Shown: positions 28,490-43,215 of the stretch, in pieces | Layout: each line of letters starts with the position of its first letter | Position numbering within the stretch: the first letter of the stretch is position 1 | DNA from: the human T2T-CHM13v2.0 reference genome, Homo sapiens | Assembly (NCBI RefSeq): GCF_009914755.1 | Contig: NC_060929.1 | DNA: 64,000 nucleotides | Direction: 5' to 3' (one strand) | Position numbers and translations under genes: made by a program | Notes under the pieces: generated by a model | Told to the model about the DNA's origin: nothing | Database searches by the model: none | Seen by the model: only the letters and a program-made list of their open reading frames with translations

Positions 28490-28920
28490 CTTTTAACAAA
28501 TGTTTGTTGAGTGCTAGGCACTGGCCTAGGTACTAGGAATACATCAAAAGAAGATAGAAACTTACTGCCCTGCCTTCATGGAACTTACAAGGGAAGACTT
28601 GCATTTTAAAAATAATAAATAATGGTTCATTACATTTGTGAACTAGTAAAGCTTCTGACCTGTTTTGGGCCTGGGGGAGAGGGATGGGATCTACTCAGAG
28701 AAATCATCACTAGAAAATTGATTTTTACGCTGAAGTGAGAAGGGTCCATACCCAGGACGGGAAGTAGGGAGAGCATTCCAGGAAGAGGAAATGGTGTATT
28801 TGAAGGCAATGAGGCAAGAAGGAGCTCAGTACAGTGGAGCCAGGTCATTGGGCCAGGAGTACACAGAGCAAAAGGGGAGAGCGGCCTGGCATGAGGCAGG
28901 GACAGGAGGCCACGTCTTGT
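28490..28920 (-). mobile_element. L2 3' fragment (preceded by a MIR-like segment ~28325-28460)
   Basis: aacaaatgtttgttgagtgctaggcactgg, cctgccttcatggaacttaca, gcattccaggaagaggaaa. Confidence 0.65.
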
Positions 28921-30202
28921 GGAACACTTGGGAAAGGTCTGCTACTGACATGCCATCGTTCTTCTGGCATGCCTCATAGGCTCAGACATCTTTTTTGCCC
29001 CTCCACACATGACTAGCCAGGACCACTTTTTTGCTCCATTTGTTTTTTAGGTATAGGAAATGGGAGGCTAGCAAGCTGTGATTATAATGTGGTATGAACT
29101 TCTAAATATTTAAGCCAGAGGTAGTTTCAAATTGTTGATGCACAGTTTTCAATGACCTAGGCTTGTCTGCATTCTTTATCTACTTTTTAAAGTTTGCTTA
29201 CAGCAAAGAGTGTCATCTTGATCCTTGTGTGGTTTCTGTCTACATGAGGATGTGAACGAGTACTGCAGGTTCCAAATTGTCAGAATTTCTGAAATCAGGT
29301 ACCCTGTTCAACACCTCTAACTGTATTCACCCACAGGCTGGTAGGAGAGAGCAGAGGGTTGTCATTTGAGGGCCTCTGAGTGGTGGCCAGTGGAGGGTGC
29401 ACACCTTTGCAGAAGCTGCCTGGGAAGACTGCTCCAAGAGTCACAGCTAAGTGGAAGGAGAGCGTGCCCTTGGCATAGACAGGCAACATCCTTCTCCCCC
29501 CTCGGTAGTGTTCAACTGGGATAAGGCAGCTAACTTTGAAAATAAGAATCCAGGGTCAATTTTAATGTCCCAGTAGTAACAAGATGGCCATTTCAAGTCC
29601 CAATTGTAGAAAATATAGTTTGGGGGCATAATTTAACATTATTTGCCTTTAAAAGAAAAATAATAGTTTTAATTATAGTGAACTTTAAAAAAAAAACAGT
29701 ATGCTGCATTATCTGTTTACTATTGGATCACTTCCCCTTTTTTCCTCAAATAATAGCATTTTATTATGTGGTATAATGCTTTGGGAAATGTAATTTGCAT
29801 AGATTATTTTTAGGAGGCCCATAACAAGTCCACAAGGGATATAAATGATGCTATTTATAAAAACTAGTAATTGCAGAGTCTTTCCCCTAGTGCTTCTTAG
29901 AAACAACTTCCTTAGTGTTACTTTTTGTCAAGATGGTACCCTCTTTTATTCTCCAATCAGGTGTGACTCAAGGGTCATGTGCACAGGCTTATTTGCCATG
30001 GAATCTGAGCCAAATTTGAGGTTAACCTTGCCTGGGTTTTACAAAATGTTTATCGTTCCTTGATATTTTCTTGTTCCTCGTGTCTCAAAAACTGTTCCTT
30101 CAAAGTCTCATCAGATAGTACAAATCTTTTATTTACCTTCTTGAACTGCCTCTTGCTCAGGTTTCACTACTGATCTTACTTTGCTTAAAAAAGAGAGGTT
30201 AT

Positions 30203-30500
<298 letters not shown>

Positions 30501-33500
30501 GAGAGAGGTTATAGTACCATTAAATATATGTGGACACAAAAATGTTATATGTAATGGAATTTATGGTGACTTCGTTCCAGCCCTTAAGCTTATGGTAAAA
30601 GAGTCCCTCTATTCTTAGGCTGAGGAGCTCCATTCCCTCTCCTTCATAAGGATCAGACTTATTTCCTAATTAATTGACTTGATCAAAATTGGTTTACTTG
30701 CATACAGAGAAATTCACTAATATTTGAGTAACATATTTGAGATGCTCTGTAGAGTTGGATTATCTCTTCTTCTAGACTAAGCAGATTCCCATGGAGTCAG
30801 GCTACGGGGCAGTCTTCCTGGGATTCACTTCTGGCAGTTGATTACATCTTACATCAGCTCCTTAGGGATCAAGAGCATATGGATGAAAGTGACCTAGACA
30901 CTCCTATGGAGAATGTAGAAATTTCTTCATTACCAAGACCAATATGGGAATTAAAGCTTAAGAGACCAAGATCTCTTATTATTATTTTTATAAAATAAGT
31001 CATGAGATTGCCTAATAGAAGAAATAAAAGAAAACCACTCACTACCCTTCAAGAGAAAACCATTATGGTTGTAATTACTTATTTTCTCTTTTTATTCTTC
31101 TACCCTTCTGCTATTTGAGGAAGTACTGAAGACCTGAGGGTTTACTATTGTAAAGGTCATGATAAACAATGGGATGATTTCTGAGTAGCTTTGTACTTTT
31201 GGTTGAAGATGGTAGGCAAGTAATATGGTTAGATCACAGTGTCTATCAGCTTTTGGACAGCACCAGCTAGTTTCTCAATGTCTCCAATTTTCCAATAAAG
31301 TAATTGTTTTACTTAGCATTTACAAAGTTATTTTATCTTCCTAGAAATATATATATATATATAAAACACATCCTGAAAGCTATGAATTCTCCCACAACTA
31401 TGAATATATATGATTGTTTCAAGAGTGAAAAATAGCCTTGTGGGTAAGGGTATCTTTCATCTTATACTGGAATTAAGGTTGCTCATTTGTTCTTTTTGCT
31501 TCTCTATTTCTGTAAAATTACAGTGACTCTTGGTGGCCTTTTGACTAGAGTATGGATGACTGGATTTTTTGGTTTAATTATCTTTAAATATCGAGTAATA
31601 TCTGTTCATTCCTAGGGATGCAGGTTGTTATTCAATAAATGGTTCTCTAATAGTGATTTATAAACCACTAGACTTTGACAACATCTAGCATGACTCCCTC
31701 AACAAAACTGAGGACACTTCAGATATCAGTGATTTAGGTTTCTTCCATCCCACTAGTAGTTCTATGTAAACAAAAGCAATGCGTAAAGCTTTCGCAGTTC
31801 ATAGCAATTTGAAAGTCACTACGCTAATTAAATTTTAAAATTTTCTTCAAGGAGCAAAAAAACAAGTCAGTTCAGGACAGAAGCCTTTACACAGCCTTGC
31901 CTTTTCCTTAAGATTTGATAATAATCCTTTCCACGTTAAATTTGCCCTGTGCCGAGGAAATCTTAATTTAACATCACATGGTGACTCCATTAGTTGTCAG
32001 TTAAACAAACAGTTTGCATCCTGAAGAGCAAAAACACTACCCTGTTAAGTCGCTAAGAGGGTGTTCCAAAACAGCACGAATTAGCTAGAGCTCATAAAAA
32101 AGAAGTGATTGGTATGAAAGAATGCGAAACCTAAGGTCTGATTATACTCCTCTTCCTGTAACACTCTCTGTTTCCATTTGAGGATTTGTTTTCCCCCGCC
32201 AGTGTACATAGAAATCCTGCAAAACTGATCTGAAGCCATTCCTTAGTGTTGAATGTTTGAGAATGTGCAAAACACTCAAGGATTTTTAAAAATGTCTTAC
32301 ACAATTTGACATTGGGTGTTTAATTTTGAAGAGGTTTTAACTTTTGTATTGCTTGCTTTTTGGTTCTTTCTGGTGTGTTCACTGAATCTCATCAGATAAA
32401 GCCCCAGTGAAGAGAGTATATCTTTAAGTTCTTACATACAATAGTTTCTATTTTGTGCAGAGCAGCTGGAGGAGATGGGCCTTTTCAGTCATAAGGCTAA
32501 ATTCCCCACCAATGTCCTTTCTTGAGGACCTTCACTTCCCACCAAGAAATTTCATAAGTGGATCGCAAAAAAATGTCTTAAATATGACAGCTGCCGTCTT
32601 CCGGGTACAGGAAAGTATAGGTGGAAGTTGTTGTGACCTTTTAGCACACAGCTCATGGACTCCACAATTTCACCCAATTTTTCTAAACTATCAGCACTTT
32701 TAATTGGCAGAGCTGCCCTTCCTATCTCTGAAGTACCTGCACTCACACTGGCACTGTTGCTAATCAGGAGATTTAAACCGAGGGATGATTCATTGTTGAT
32801 GACCAGTTTTATGAGGTACTTCCTTCTTTCTGACCCTAAAAGTAGAAGAATGAGCTGAACAAGCAAATCACTATAAAGGAGGCTCGGGTTGCCCAGGCCC
32901 AGGCTTAATAACTGGGCTCAAACACCACACACTCTCCCCTCTTTTCTTACAATGAGGACATTTGAAATTGACCTCCACCCTTAGTAGCAAATATCAACTT
33001 GTATTTGAAGACACTTAGAGGGCATTTTTGATAGAATTTGTCATCAAAACTTCCTTGAAACTTATTTATTTTCATGACCTGAGGAAACCTTGTAAAACTC
33101 CAATGGGATATAATATTAAAGCAGAGTGCTTTATAAAATGTTACTTGCCAGAATTGATTGTTTCACATGTTTTTATGAAAGAATAATTATTTATGTCAGT
33201 CAAGTATAGTAAAAATGTTTTTATGGTTCTGGCACATTGAGTCAGTCAGCCCCAGGGACAGAAAAACAGGCAATGTGTTCAAGTATTTGTTTTACCTTCC
33301 TTTTGGAGGGCAAGCTGATTTGTGAAAGATCTTAAAGCTGTTTTATTTTTACATAAAAGCGTGATTTTTTTTCAAGTTAACTATTTTGGATAAATTTTAA
33401 TTATAGGCTAATAGTCTATTTAGTCTAATAAACTGGCTGTCAAACTGAATTTTGAACTTTGAGGAGCAGGAGCTATTATAAATCCCACAGGAGGATACTT

Positions 33501-35691
33501 TAAGCCTAGAATATTTTGAACATTAGTGTTTTTTATCAGAGCCATTCTCTGTAGCAGTAAAAATTCTGGAATTTGTTTAAAAAGTATAAATTTCATTATT
33601 ATGTTGAATCTTTTGAAGATGTCTTTTTCACAGTTGAAATAATCAAAACCTTTCCACAGTGTGTTATGTGAAGGAATTTCTCTTTTTCATAGGCTTGTAT
33701 CCTTGTTATTAAAGCTTGATCCCAAAATGGTTTTTCAAAATGATTCTTGGAAGTATTTGCAGGATCAGCATAAGTAGATGATTTAGGGCAAAAATGTGTC
33801 ACATTTTAATTTTTCAAATATTATGTGATACATGCTTTTGAGGGAAATGGGATACCTGAACTTCTTTTACATCCAAGGGCTCAACATGGCTTACAGTTTC
33901 TGCGCTATAATGGAGAAGAATACAGTGGAGAAAAACACTACATTTTAATTTTAACTTGGCAGCATCTAAGACTATCCACGTGTTGGGATTTCCCTAGAGG
34001 TACATAGGTAATAGTAACTAATTGTCATTTGTCTGTTCAGTTTAATCTGGCTTGGCTTAGGGTAGTAAACGTTAACAACACTTGTCATTACTTACCTTTT
34101 CTAAAGCAAAGTCCTTCTCCCTCTGCCCCCCTTAACTTATCCCTTTTTCTCTCTTTCACCATCTTCTCTGTTAGAAGGAAAGATGATAAACAAGCCAAGC
34201 GAAACCTGAACCTTTGCTTTTAATATATTGACTTCCTAAATACACTGTATTTTCTTCATTTTGTTTTTAAATGCCCAAGCATCTTGAAGTGACAGGTTAG
34301 TGATTTTGCTTAAGTTTTTTCTAAGAAGATAAATGAAATGAGAGAAAAGTAACCAGGATACATTTTCTGACTTTGGTGAAAGGAATATGACTCATCTTGT
34401 TAAATGCATACAGGGATCTTAATTTCAGAGAGTAACATATGTTAGTCCCAACTGTTTCTACATCGATTGTGGTGGTGACAAGCTTTGGAGAAAATGTTGT
34501 AAAATCGTACTTATTTCCATTCTTATTCACTTTATGAAACGGAATCGTCCTGGAAATAGACACTGGGTGGACAATAATATTATGCCATTACTTAAATTAC
34601 TATAACCATGAATATGTTGGCAGGAATTTACCTTGAACCTAGAAAGCTTTCGGAAGTGAGCCAGCTTCATCTTGCATAACTCTAAAAATTAAAAAATAAA
34701 GGTTACTTTCATCAGATTCTCTTACGATTTATTAATCTAGGGAAGTATAAGTTTATGGTTTTCTTCACTAAAATAAACAGTTAAGGGGTTTGTATTTGAA
34801 CAAAAAGGTTTCTAAGTGGCTCTGGAGGTATAACTTAAAGGAGTAGAGTTAGGATAATGGAGTGAGGTATATAGATAATAGTTTTGATAATTACTAAATG
34901 ATTGGATTAATTTCTTTTCCACTTTGCAACAGAGGTACTCATTTTTAATGCATGTCTTAGATGACACCCGGTGAGAAATGGGCCAGTAGCAGAAAAGAAT
35001 GGAGCCTGAGAATAAACACAAATAAAAATCCACTTTCCAAGGCTCTTGATTCCAGTGATTTTCCACTCCTGTTAGGATTTTGATTTCTTTCCAGAAAGAT
35101 CTCAGCAGAGGCCACCTGCCAGGGGAGAACAATATTCAACTTTTTATGCCAACTACCCTCTCATAGCTGTCTCTGCAGTAGTTAGGAACCCCTCAGGTTT
35201 TTATGACCTCTGCTTATTAAAGAATCATTGCTGCCCTGAACCACCAAGTTCCTGTAGAACCCAGTGATTGAGGAGTAGTACCTAGGAGCATATCTACAAA
35301 AGGCTAGCCTGTGTTTGTCGAGCATACGCTATACCATACAGCAGGTAGCTTTATGGTGGTTATCATAGGTGGTCACTGATTTGGTTTCATCAGCCTGCTA
35401 GAACTCTTTCTTTAGACTTCATGGTAGATGTTTGAAAGTCAGTAAAATGGGTAGAGATGCTTCCAAAGGCCATTCTTTTCTTTCATTAGTACCCAGATCT
35501 AAAATACCTCGCTTTCATTGTCTGCATATGGCACAAAATATCAAAATAACATCACACCCTCTGCCTTTACTTTCCTTGTTTATCGTGTCTTCATAAGTCA
35601 GTCAAATGACTCTTATAAGAATTTTGACCCTCTTGTTTTAATAGGTTTATGGAGTTTGTCATAGTCACTGCATATCCTCCTTTATCTAAAG

Positions 35692-35852
35692 CAGTGACTA
35701 TACCTTGGGATCACCTGGAGAGCTTTTAAAAAATTTCAGACACCTGGGTTTTATCCCTGGAGATGAAGATTTGCTGTGAGGCACACAGCTCTCAGCACTA
35801 GGATTTTTACAAACTCTCCAAGTGATTCTATAGTCAAGGTTAAAAACTACCA
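35692..35852. mobile_element. MER5A-like hAT element
   Basis: atcacctggagagcttttaaaaa...gtgattcta...ggttaaaaacta. Confidence 0.65.
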
Positions 35853-36036
35853 ATTTAAAAGTTATACCAGTTACACAATAGGGACAATGTTGATTATTTT
35901 GATAATCATATTGCTTGATTTTTAGACATTCATACTTTATCATATAAAATAGGTGAATTTGAATTTCCTGTCTTGCTTTGAAATACAGTGCTTCATAATG
36001 CATTATGGCTATGGAATAATCACAAATAAGAATATA

Positions 36037-36383
36037 CAGTCATCCCTTAGTATCCATGGGGGTTCAGTTCCAGAACCCCACTTCCTGCCATGAATACCAA
36101 AATTCACGGATGCTCAAGTCCTTTATAAAATAGTGTATTACTTGCATGTAACCTAGGTACATCCTCCTGTGTACTTTAATCTCTAGATTACTTATAATAC
36201 TTAATACAATATAAATGCTCTGCAAATAGTTGCTAAACAGTATTGTTATTGTTTAAAGAATAATTACAAAAGAAAACGGTCTATAATGTTCAGTACAGGT
36301 GCAGCCATCCATTTTTTTACTGAAATATTTTCAATCCAGTTGAATTCATGTATACGGAACCCATGGATATAGAGATTCAAGTG
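36037..36383. mobile_element. MER2 (Tigger-family non-autonomous element)
   Basis: cagtcatcccttagtatccatggg / cccatggatatagag...gtg inverted ends, TA on both flanks, ~345 bp. Confidence 0.85.
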
Positions 36384-37891
36384 TATGTGATCCTAAATAT
36401 AGATATAGATATTATGAGATGAAGTAAAGAGTAGGAAAAATATCAATGCTAATCAAAGTTTATAACTGAATAATCATTTACTCTGCTTTAGTTGTCTCAT
36501 CTCTAAAATCAGAAGGCTAAATCAGAATGTCTAAATACTTGGCAACCTCTTTCTCTGATCATGTGATCAGTAGCACTTTCTTTCTGAGGATACTGATTTC
36601 TTCATAGAACTAGATGGAACAGGCTATTTAAGCCCTCTGGAAATATATTAAAGCAGTATTGGCTCATCATTGTGGCAATGTTTCCATGATCATAATGATC
36701 AGGTCGTGTATTTATTTTCTCCTTTTCTCCTCAATCGTGTCCCTCCTGCCAGATTTGTTGCAGCAACTCATTGAGTAAGCCCAAAGATGGATTCTTTGGT
36801 CTATAACTGAATAGCTAAATCACATCTACTTTCTGTGCCTCTGTCTAGCGGACTCTGCCTGTGCCCTGCCATTTACATTGTTATCTGTTTGTTGAGACTA
36901 GCTGGGCAATGTCTATGGTTCTGTGGTCCTCTCAGGGTTGAGATTCTATCTGGAGGTGTGACTTCCCTTTCACAGACCCCTGAGGTAGTTCCTCACATGC
37001 CCCCTTCCCTGCTGGGAGGTTGGCTGTGCCCAGGACTGATGAATTGGCTGCAGCACCTTGACCTTGCCTGGACCCTCCAATCGGTGCCCCAGCAAGTAGT
37101 TGCTCGTCTTTCAGCACAGAAGACTCTCACAACTTGGAATGAGCACACCTTGATCACGGAGCGGGAGGACTGTAATTCTTAGAGTACCACACAGAGTCTC
37201 TCTTTCAAGAGATCAGAACAATGGTCTGTAATTCAAAAAGGAACACTGTTGGTTTTTTCAAAATGAAGATGACCCGTGCCTTTCCTAGTGTCATGTTAGT
37301 AAATCTGTAAAATGGTATAATGGTTACCCCTTACCTTCAGTACTTCATCTATCTCTGTTGCCCAGGTTAAGATCACTGTGATCTTCCTGTTACGCTTCCT
37401 CTTGTGTGTGTGGAACCCTGATGAAGCAGTGTATATGCTGAGATAATTTATTGTTTTTATTCCTGGTGCATTGCAGTTGATCACCTTGAAGGCCTGCTGA
37501 TCTCATCTTAAGATTAGAGGTTTATTCTGTATGGAAAAATCCTTATTTCTACCCCATATACATTTATGCTAATCTACTCATTTGTTATTTGTTCCTATTA
37601 TAATTATAGGTATATAACTGACTTGCTCTGTTTTTTAAAAAGTCTCCAAAAATTCACCAAGTTGCTTTTAGGCCATTTATTTCTTAGAATGGAAATGTTT
37701 TTTCCAAATATGCTTTTGTTCTTAAAATATGTAAACTAAATTTTTAATCCCAGTTTAAGGCACATTGCTTACATGTGTTGATCACACATTTTCTGTAATA
37801 CTTATTGAAGACAATGTTTTTAATCCTGAGAAACTTTTGCATTTGATGCAAAACATTTTCTAATGTGTCTGAGACAGAAAGTAGTTAGTAA

Positions 37892-38206
<315 letters not shown>

Positions 38207-38587
38207 TGAGGTCAGTTAGGAAGTAATTGGGCAGTCTTGGTATTTGGATAAAGACGAGTCACATAAATGTTAGGTATGCCTACTTGTTTAGATTTCAGTA
38301 TAGTATATGAGGCCAATTCTTGGATTGAGTAGGAAGGAAAATACTATTAATGTAAAATAGTAATTTGATGGAAACGTGATTGAAAATGTTTTACTGAACT
38401 TCTAAGATCAAGTCACTGTTCTCAAGACAGGGTTGCAAAGACAAAAGAAACCACCACTAACTTTTAGAAGCCCAAGATAGGGCCAGAAACAGGCTCTTTC
38501 CTTGACTTACAGGCCATAAAAGAGATGTTAAAAATAGTATACCATCCAGTTGGGCAATCGCTGTCCAAATATTAGCAGAAGAAAACA

Positions 38588-38763
38588 GTAATCACAATGT
38601 TTAAGAGCACTTTCTGTGCCAGGCACTGTTCCAAGTGTGCCATGTGTATAAACTCACTTCATCCTCATAACAGCGTTATGAGGGAAGTGCTATTATTCTG
38701 GCCATTTTATAAATGTGGAAACTAAGACACAAAGGGGTTAGGTAACTTGCTCAAAGTCACCAG
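38588..38763 (-). mobile_element. MIR
   Basis: tgtgccaggcactgtt...atcctcataaca...ggaaactaagacacaaaggggttaggtaacttgctcaaagtcac. Confidence 0.85.
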
Positions 38764-40109
38764 ATCCAGGTAGAAAACTGCAAGAAGAGAAAGGTTTTTA
38801 TTAGACTAAATTTTTAGCCTTTCTTGATAGTCACTTGAGACAAATACCAAAGTCAAAAAATTATTTTATAGTAGAGTCATCTTGCTGTGTAACTACTGCT
38901 CAATGTGGAATGCAATCAGGCTGTCAGTGAAATAACAAAATACATTGTCAACTTGGTAACTTTACCCATAAATGAATCAATAGATATTTCAAGCATAGTT
39001 CCAACTTCCAGTAGTGTTTTCACTCACTCTTGATTTTGGTTGTATATTTAAAAGTAATCTTGTTTAATTTGGTTGATACTTCCTAACAGGCCAGTCATTT
39101 TAATGCAAATATATATTTATATAGATTATACTTAGGAAATGAAAACATGAATTGCTATTGCCTGCTCATGCTAAGTCTTACCTATCAGACAGTCCTGTGA
39201 TACTTCATTGCAGTTAGTAGGTCCACGTTTATAGTAGATGGTCAGAGCCTCCCAGGTTCAGATGCTACATTTTCAGCCTACATTTACCACTTTGGAATGT
39301 CTTCTACTCTCCATGACTTACTCTCATTTTCTTCAAACTCCTAAATTTGTTCTCAAAACTTGTGAACATCCCTGTATGAGAGTGTGCAGGGAAAAAGGTC
39401 AATGAGGAGCTGAATAAAGGCTTGGGTTTCTTTTACTTTTTAAAGATCTACTAGAGATAAAAATATGTGCATATGAGATTAGACTACATCTAATCCATAA
39501 ATTGGAGCAGATGTTTTGTGTATTTCATCATGTGCATGTTTGGTCCTTTCAGGGCTCTATGCTGGGACAATTTGTGTTTAAGAGTCACAAGTTTTATAAT
39601 ATTCAAAAGAACACTTGCATTAAGACCCTTGTAATCCATATTATTTTACCATGAAGATTATACATTTCCTCAGGAATTAAGTTAATGCCACACTTAAGAT
39701 ATTAGGGAGAAAAATACCTTAAAATACCATGTCGCCCATATGTTTGCCTGTAAATCTTAACAGAAAAAAAAAAAGTGACAGAATCACAAATAAGAAAGCC
39801 AAGTTAGTATGTTTGGGCAGACTTCTCCATGTTTCATAAGCAGATTTTAATTTCATCTTAAGAAGGAAGCATATAGTTTCTCTAAATATTACTTTGGAAT
39901 ATTGATATTCCATATCTTAATTATTAAAACATTTTAAGAGTTAGAAAAGACAAAGAGTTAGAAAAGACAAAGACTTTGAGTACAAAATTTACAGTATCAC
40001 ACTGCCATCTACCACCTTTGATAAAAATTTTTTTATGAAGTTCACCGAGGTCAACCAGTTTCATTTGGGAGACATTCCAAGTTGGTTTTATAGTGTAGTT
40101 GCTGTATTC

Positions 40110-40300
40110 CAGGGCCTCTCAACCTTGGCACTCGTGACTTTTTTGGCTGAATAATTCTTTTTCATGTGGGACTGTCCTGTGTGTTCTGGATGTTTCTCAC
40201 CATACTTGACTTCTACACACTAGATGCCAGTAGCACTACCCCCAACTTGTGACAACCAGAAATCCCTCAAGAGACAAAATCACCTGCAGGAGAGAACCAC
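40110..40300. mobile_element. MER20 hAT element
   Basis: tctcaaccttggcact...cactagatgccagtagcact...gtgacaacc...gagaaccac. Confidence 0.85.
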
Positions 40301-40908
40301 CTTTTAATGTGCTGTTCCACAAGGATTTGACATCTTAGAAAGGACAGTCTCTCTTAAAAGATACTGAGTCTACTGAATATATTGTAATTTCCTTTTTTGG
40401 AATAACATATAAAAAATATACTGTATACTAAATATGGTTGTCATGCTATGTTAACTGTTAAGGATCAAGAGCTAAAGAATCACATTCGAGTATTCCAAAG
40501 ATTTTAAGCTTTTCCAGTACTGACCACTCAGAAAATCAGACGAAATCTCAGATGCTTCCTGCTTGGCAGAAAAATGCACGTGTGCTTGTGCTCATGGGTC
40601 CCCTAAAGTCCGGTCAGAGGCCCCTTTAGAGAACTATGGATCCAGGATCTAGATCTATGGATTTTGGTGACCCTCCTTCAGTTTTTATGAATGAAAAGCA
40701 TCTTCCCAAACTGACAAAGTTTTCTGATGATGCTACAGCTTTTTTGTTGTAAGTTCTTGTATACTTTAAACTTCCTTTGGATAATGTTGCCTGAATTGTC
40801 AACTTATTGCCTGTTGAAAGCTTTTTCATTAAGTACTGTTCTGGTTTCAAATTTTACATTTTATATAATACTTACCATGCTTTAATAATTCTGTTATTTC
40901 ATTACTAC

Positions 40909-41190
40909 TTTTTTTTTTAAATTATACTTTAAGTTTTAGGGTACATGTGCACATTGTGCAGGTTAGTTACATATGTATACATGTGCCATGCTGGTGCGCT
41001 GCACCCACTAACTCGTCATCTAGCATTAGGTATATCTCCCAATGCTATCCCTCCCCCCACCCCACCACAGTCCCCAGAGTGTGATATTCCCCTTCCTGTG
41101 TCCATGTCCAACAATGATAGACTGGATTAAGAAAATGTGGCACATATACACCATGGAATACTATGCAGCCATAAAAAATGATGAGTTCAT
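40909..41190 (-). mobile_element. Young L1PA2/L1HS-like 3' fragment with 5' inversion, 16-bp TSD
   Basis: Antisense 3' UTR 40909-41107 joined to a sense segment 41104-41190; TSD ttcattactacttttt at 40898-40913 and 41186-41201. Confidence 0.93.
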
Positions 41191-41306
41191 TACTACTTTT
41201 TAAAAGTAGAACTACTTTGCAGTATTTCTTGAGACTGGAGTCTCTTGAGACCGGAGTCTCTTATAGGTCTGAGAAATATACTCTAGTAGGCTTGCTGACA
41301 GATCCA

Positions 41307-41591
41307 TTTTTTTTTTTTTTTGGAGATGGAGTTTTGCTCTTGTTGCCCAGGCTGCAGTACAGTGGCGCAACCTCCACCTCCTGGATTCAAGTGATTCTCC
41401 TGCCTCAGCCCCCCAAATAGCTGGGATTACAGGCATGCACCACCATGCCCAGCTAATTTTTTGTATTTTTAGTGGAGATGGGGGTTTCTCCATGTTGGTC
41501 AGGCTGGTCTGGAACTCCCGACCTCAGGTGATCCGCCTGCCTTAGCCTCCCAAAGTGCTGGGATTACAGGCGTGAGCCACCGCACCTGGCC
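41307..41591 (-). mobile_element. AluSq/Sx-like, antisense, small internal deletion
   Basis: Poly(T) tail; TSD gacagatccattt on both sides. Confidence 0.95.
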
Positions 41592-43215
41592 GACAGATCC
41601 ATTTAGTGACATCCAAGATGTCACTAAATAAAGATATTAATGTTAAAATGACACTAGAAGAAAACAGATTGCTGGTTTATAATACCCATTCCTGTATTAT
41701 ATATACTCAACAAGGTATAGGCAAATAATAGCCATTTTATAGTCCTCTCATTATTTTATACAAAGTCATCAACTTAATGAGTATCATTTACTTGGAATTT
41801 GATTCCATTTGCTTATTTATGGAAATTCCAAATGGACTCATATAAATGAGTATAAACTTTAAACTTTTAAAATAATTCTAAAATGCTGAATGATTTGTGA
41901 ATAATTAAAAGTAAATAGAGATCTAAAAACCATACCTAGTAACTAAGATACAAACTCAAGGTTACTACATATTGTTAGAGAAAAATACAACTATTCCCTG
42001 AAACATTATCTAGAAAGAAATCATTTTTTTCTGATGGTTAACAGGAGTAATAGTCACAGATGTTCTGAAATCTGAATATGACTCTAAAGAAAAAAGCAAT
42101 ATGAATGTTAAAAGATAGTCTATTCTCCCAGGAACAGATGTAACATTCCAAGTCTTCCAGTTTGTATCTTTAGTGAACTGAACAATTTCTGTGAAAAATT
42201 ATTCACTATGTACAGATTTTCAGGGGAACAATTTTATATAAAAGTTGTTTCTCTGTATGACTACATTAACCAAGTAAAATACTGTATTTGAAAGTAGAAT
42301 ACTATTTATTGTACATCAGCACCGAGAAGATTGTTTTGTCTAATCCTAAATATTTACATGACATTCTGCAATTCAAAAATGGCCGACAGGTACATGTGTC
42401 CAGAACAAACTAATGATTTTGAAGTGAAAACATAATACCATTACCTTGTCTCCTAGTTTAGTAAGACAGGACCAGCTATTTAATAGATTTACAGTTTATC
42501 ACCTTACGGGGGCAATATATTTACCATGCAATATCTTTTGGAAATATATTATTATTACTGCTCATTCCATTCTGAGCAAACAGGAAATCTTGTAGTTTGA
42601 TCCCCAGAATACCTTTTTGGAAAAGAAACTTGAAAACAAGCAATTCCAAAACCCAGACATAATTTTTAAAGTTGCTAGATACCCCACAAAGGATAATTAT
42701 ACATATTAATGTCCACTGTGGGTGTTGTTAATCTGTTAAGAATTCTCAATCAGATCCATAATAAGAACACTATTATGCAGTTATATAATTTTGTTTCCTG
42801 TATGTCTCTTAACAAGGGAACAGAAATTCTAAAGGATTTATTTCACATTGTCCTTGGCTCACAGCCCAGGGGGTTAACACATTAAAATGAATCACTTGGC
42901 TATGCCCTGTTCCACAGCTACAACATTCACCCAGGCCTCATACACCTGACCTAAAGGAAAACTGGAGAGAGAGGTTGGAGCATGAACAAATCTATCCCTG
43001 CTGCTGCAAGGGTGGTTGAGAGCATATGGCACCCTGGTGCATTCCCCTTGAATTGGCGAGGAGTGGAAGTGTTATGCTAAAAAAGCCTCTGAGAAAGCAG
43101 CAGGAGAAAAAAACAACAACAAAGAAATGGAAGTTGAAAATGAAGATCCAAAATAGCCTTTTAAACTATGTTGTCATTACCTATATGCTATAGGTTTGAA
43201 CAAAGCAAAGTTTTA

